Below are positions 63,501 through 64,000 of a DNA stretch of 64,000 nt, in pieces (the stretch's first letter is position 1; each line of letters starts with the position of its first letter). The stretch covers positions 512,001 through 576,000 of the forward strand of contig CAWCVB010000002.1 in NCBI GenBank assembly GCA_963798915.1, in the 5' to 3' direction. The notes under the pieces were generated by a model. The model did not search any database and had not been told where the DNA came from. It worked only from the letters and a program-made list of their open reading frames with translations. Origin of the DNA: an uncultured Gemmatimonadales bacterium (GTDB lineage Bacteria; Gemmatimonadota; Gemmatimonadetes; Gemmatimonadales; GWC2-71-9). The translations under genes and the position numbers were made by a program.

Positions 63501-64000
63501 ACCGTTCCGATGCCACCCGGGTTGGTGAGCGTCACTGTCCCGCCGGCGAAATCATCCGGCATCAGGCGGTTGTGACGCGACTTGTCCACCAGTTCCTCAT
63601 ATGAAGCATGAAACCGGCCGAAGTCCATCGCTTCCGCGTGCTTGATGATCGGCACCACAAGGCCCCGCGAGCCGTCCTTGCGCGTGACATCCACGGCCAG
63701 TCCAAGGTGGATGCCATCGGGGACAACGCGCTGGGGGCCATCCTCCCCGGCGCGGAGAAAATGGCCCATGACCGGATGCTGGCGCACACCTTGAACCAAC
63801 GCCCAGGCAATGAGATGGGTAAATGAAATCTTGTCGGAGCGGCCCGCCGACTTGAGAGAAGCGTTCAGGGCCTTGCGCTGTGCCTCGAGCCGAGCCACGG
63901 GGAGTTCGCGAAACGTGGTGGCAGTCGGAACGGTGAGACTCTCGTTCATGTTCTGCAGCAGCCGGAGCGCCGGGCCCTTGATCGCAATGGCTTCCGGCGC
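60569..64000 (-). CDS. sucA: multifunctional 2-oxoglutarate dehydrogenase E2-E1 fusion (Kgd/SucA), 5' partial
   Basis: Acyltransferase YDHRIIQGAESG domain plus E1 motifs GMAHRGRLN, HGDAAF, WEAQFGDF, GPEHSS. Confidence 0.95.
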   Translation of the reverse strand, partial: APEAIAIKGPALRLLQNMNESLTVPTATTFRELPVARLEAQRKALNASLKSAGRSDKISFTHLIAWALVQGVRQHPVMGHFLRAGEDGPQRVVPDGIHLGLAVDVTRKDGSRGLVVPIIKHAEAMDFGRFHASYEELVDKSRHNRLMPDDFAGGTVTLTNPGGIGTVASVPRLMAGQGTIIAVGAIGYPPEFSASPVATVQQLGLSKVMTMTSTYDHRIIQGAESGQFLATVDGMLQGAEGFYESVYSGLGLAYTPSAPTIPFSSPALSISPISPISPDVAEMRHVAAAMALVKAFRTHGHLAARLDPLGSEPSGDPSLDPATVGLTPDIMARIPAEVLRIKVPGRSLLEALPQLQAAYCGTIAYEIEHIASHEERVWLRERIESGSFRETLSAEVKLALFDRLIEVEAFEQVLQKSYLGQKRFSIEGLDMMVPMLDLWINQAAERGAQEVPIGMAHRGRLNVLAHTVRRPYETIFAEFEGAKRSLSESDESDSGTGDVKYHHGAEGAYPTAKGKAVTVTLAPNPSHLEFVGPVVVGRARARQTQRRGQEARRDKDAALPIVIHGDAAFAGQGVVAETFNLGGLPAYTVGGTLHLIANNQVGFTTDITDARSTRYASDLAKGFDVPIVHVNADDPEACLVAARLALAYREIFSQDAVVDLVGYRRHGHNEADEPAYTQPLMYERIRQLPTVRQKYAAQLVQEGVISETDAAARYDAAYERLANAQHAFKGQAGSQQVAPEMVERRGNPESRVETAVPAATLVALNDALLTWPEGFAVNRKLARQLERRRTSVGEDGGIDWAHAEELALASLLVEGIPLRMTGQDTERGTFSQRHLVLHDVNTGIEYAPITRLPGALAPMELHNSPLSELAAIGFEYGYSVAAPETMIIWEAQFGDFVNGAQVMIDQFLAAGLAKWGQTTRLTLLLPHGYEGQGPEHSSGRLERFLQLAAENNMRIANCSTPAQYFHLLRRQAKSDRIRPLIVMTPKSLLRLPAAASHIKDLSDAKFQPVIDDARAAGGVDAVARMIVCTGKVYYELLDSAKALGDAAPAIVRLEQLYPFPDQELRAVLGHYAGLKEVVWTQEEPRNMGAWRFAEPHLRRLLPEGVSMRYAGRPDRASPAEGYPSAHVSEQARILAEALGTQAR

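Overview
GC-rich bacterial chromosomal segment; the gene repertoire (GWxTD, DUF5916, Ig/RCC1 lipoproteins, fused E2-E1 2-oxoglutarate dehydrogenase) suggests Gemmatimonadota (inference). Left end: an IS621-like IS110 bridge recombinase, with its donor-binding guide loop visible, inserted into an integron attC site, followed by a gene cassette and an attI-like site with no integrase. Core genes: OsmC, ClC-CBS, a sigma54 two-component system, TauE, four cupredoxin-domain genes, nitronate monooxygenase, BON protein, MarR/monooxygenase/MFS, Vgb-like protein, RND efflux, LemA/DUF2207, VapBC, gluQ, a dicarboxylate symporter, tal, tkt and kgd/sucA. A RAYT transposase carries an in-frame REP-derived tandem array, and many REPs and short tandem repeats are scattered through the window. 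A ~12.1 kb decayed island (21269-33417) is integrated in tRNA-Cys with a duplicated 5' tRNA half. The most striking signal lies inside it: a ~4.3 kb STAND/NACHT-nuclease gene destroyed by dense, strand-specific CC-to-CT/TC/TT changes (coding-strand GG-to-AG/GA/AA), resembling an APOBEC- or RIP-type hypermutation scar.
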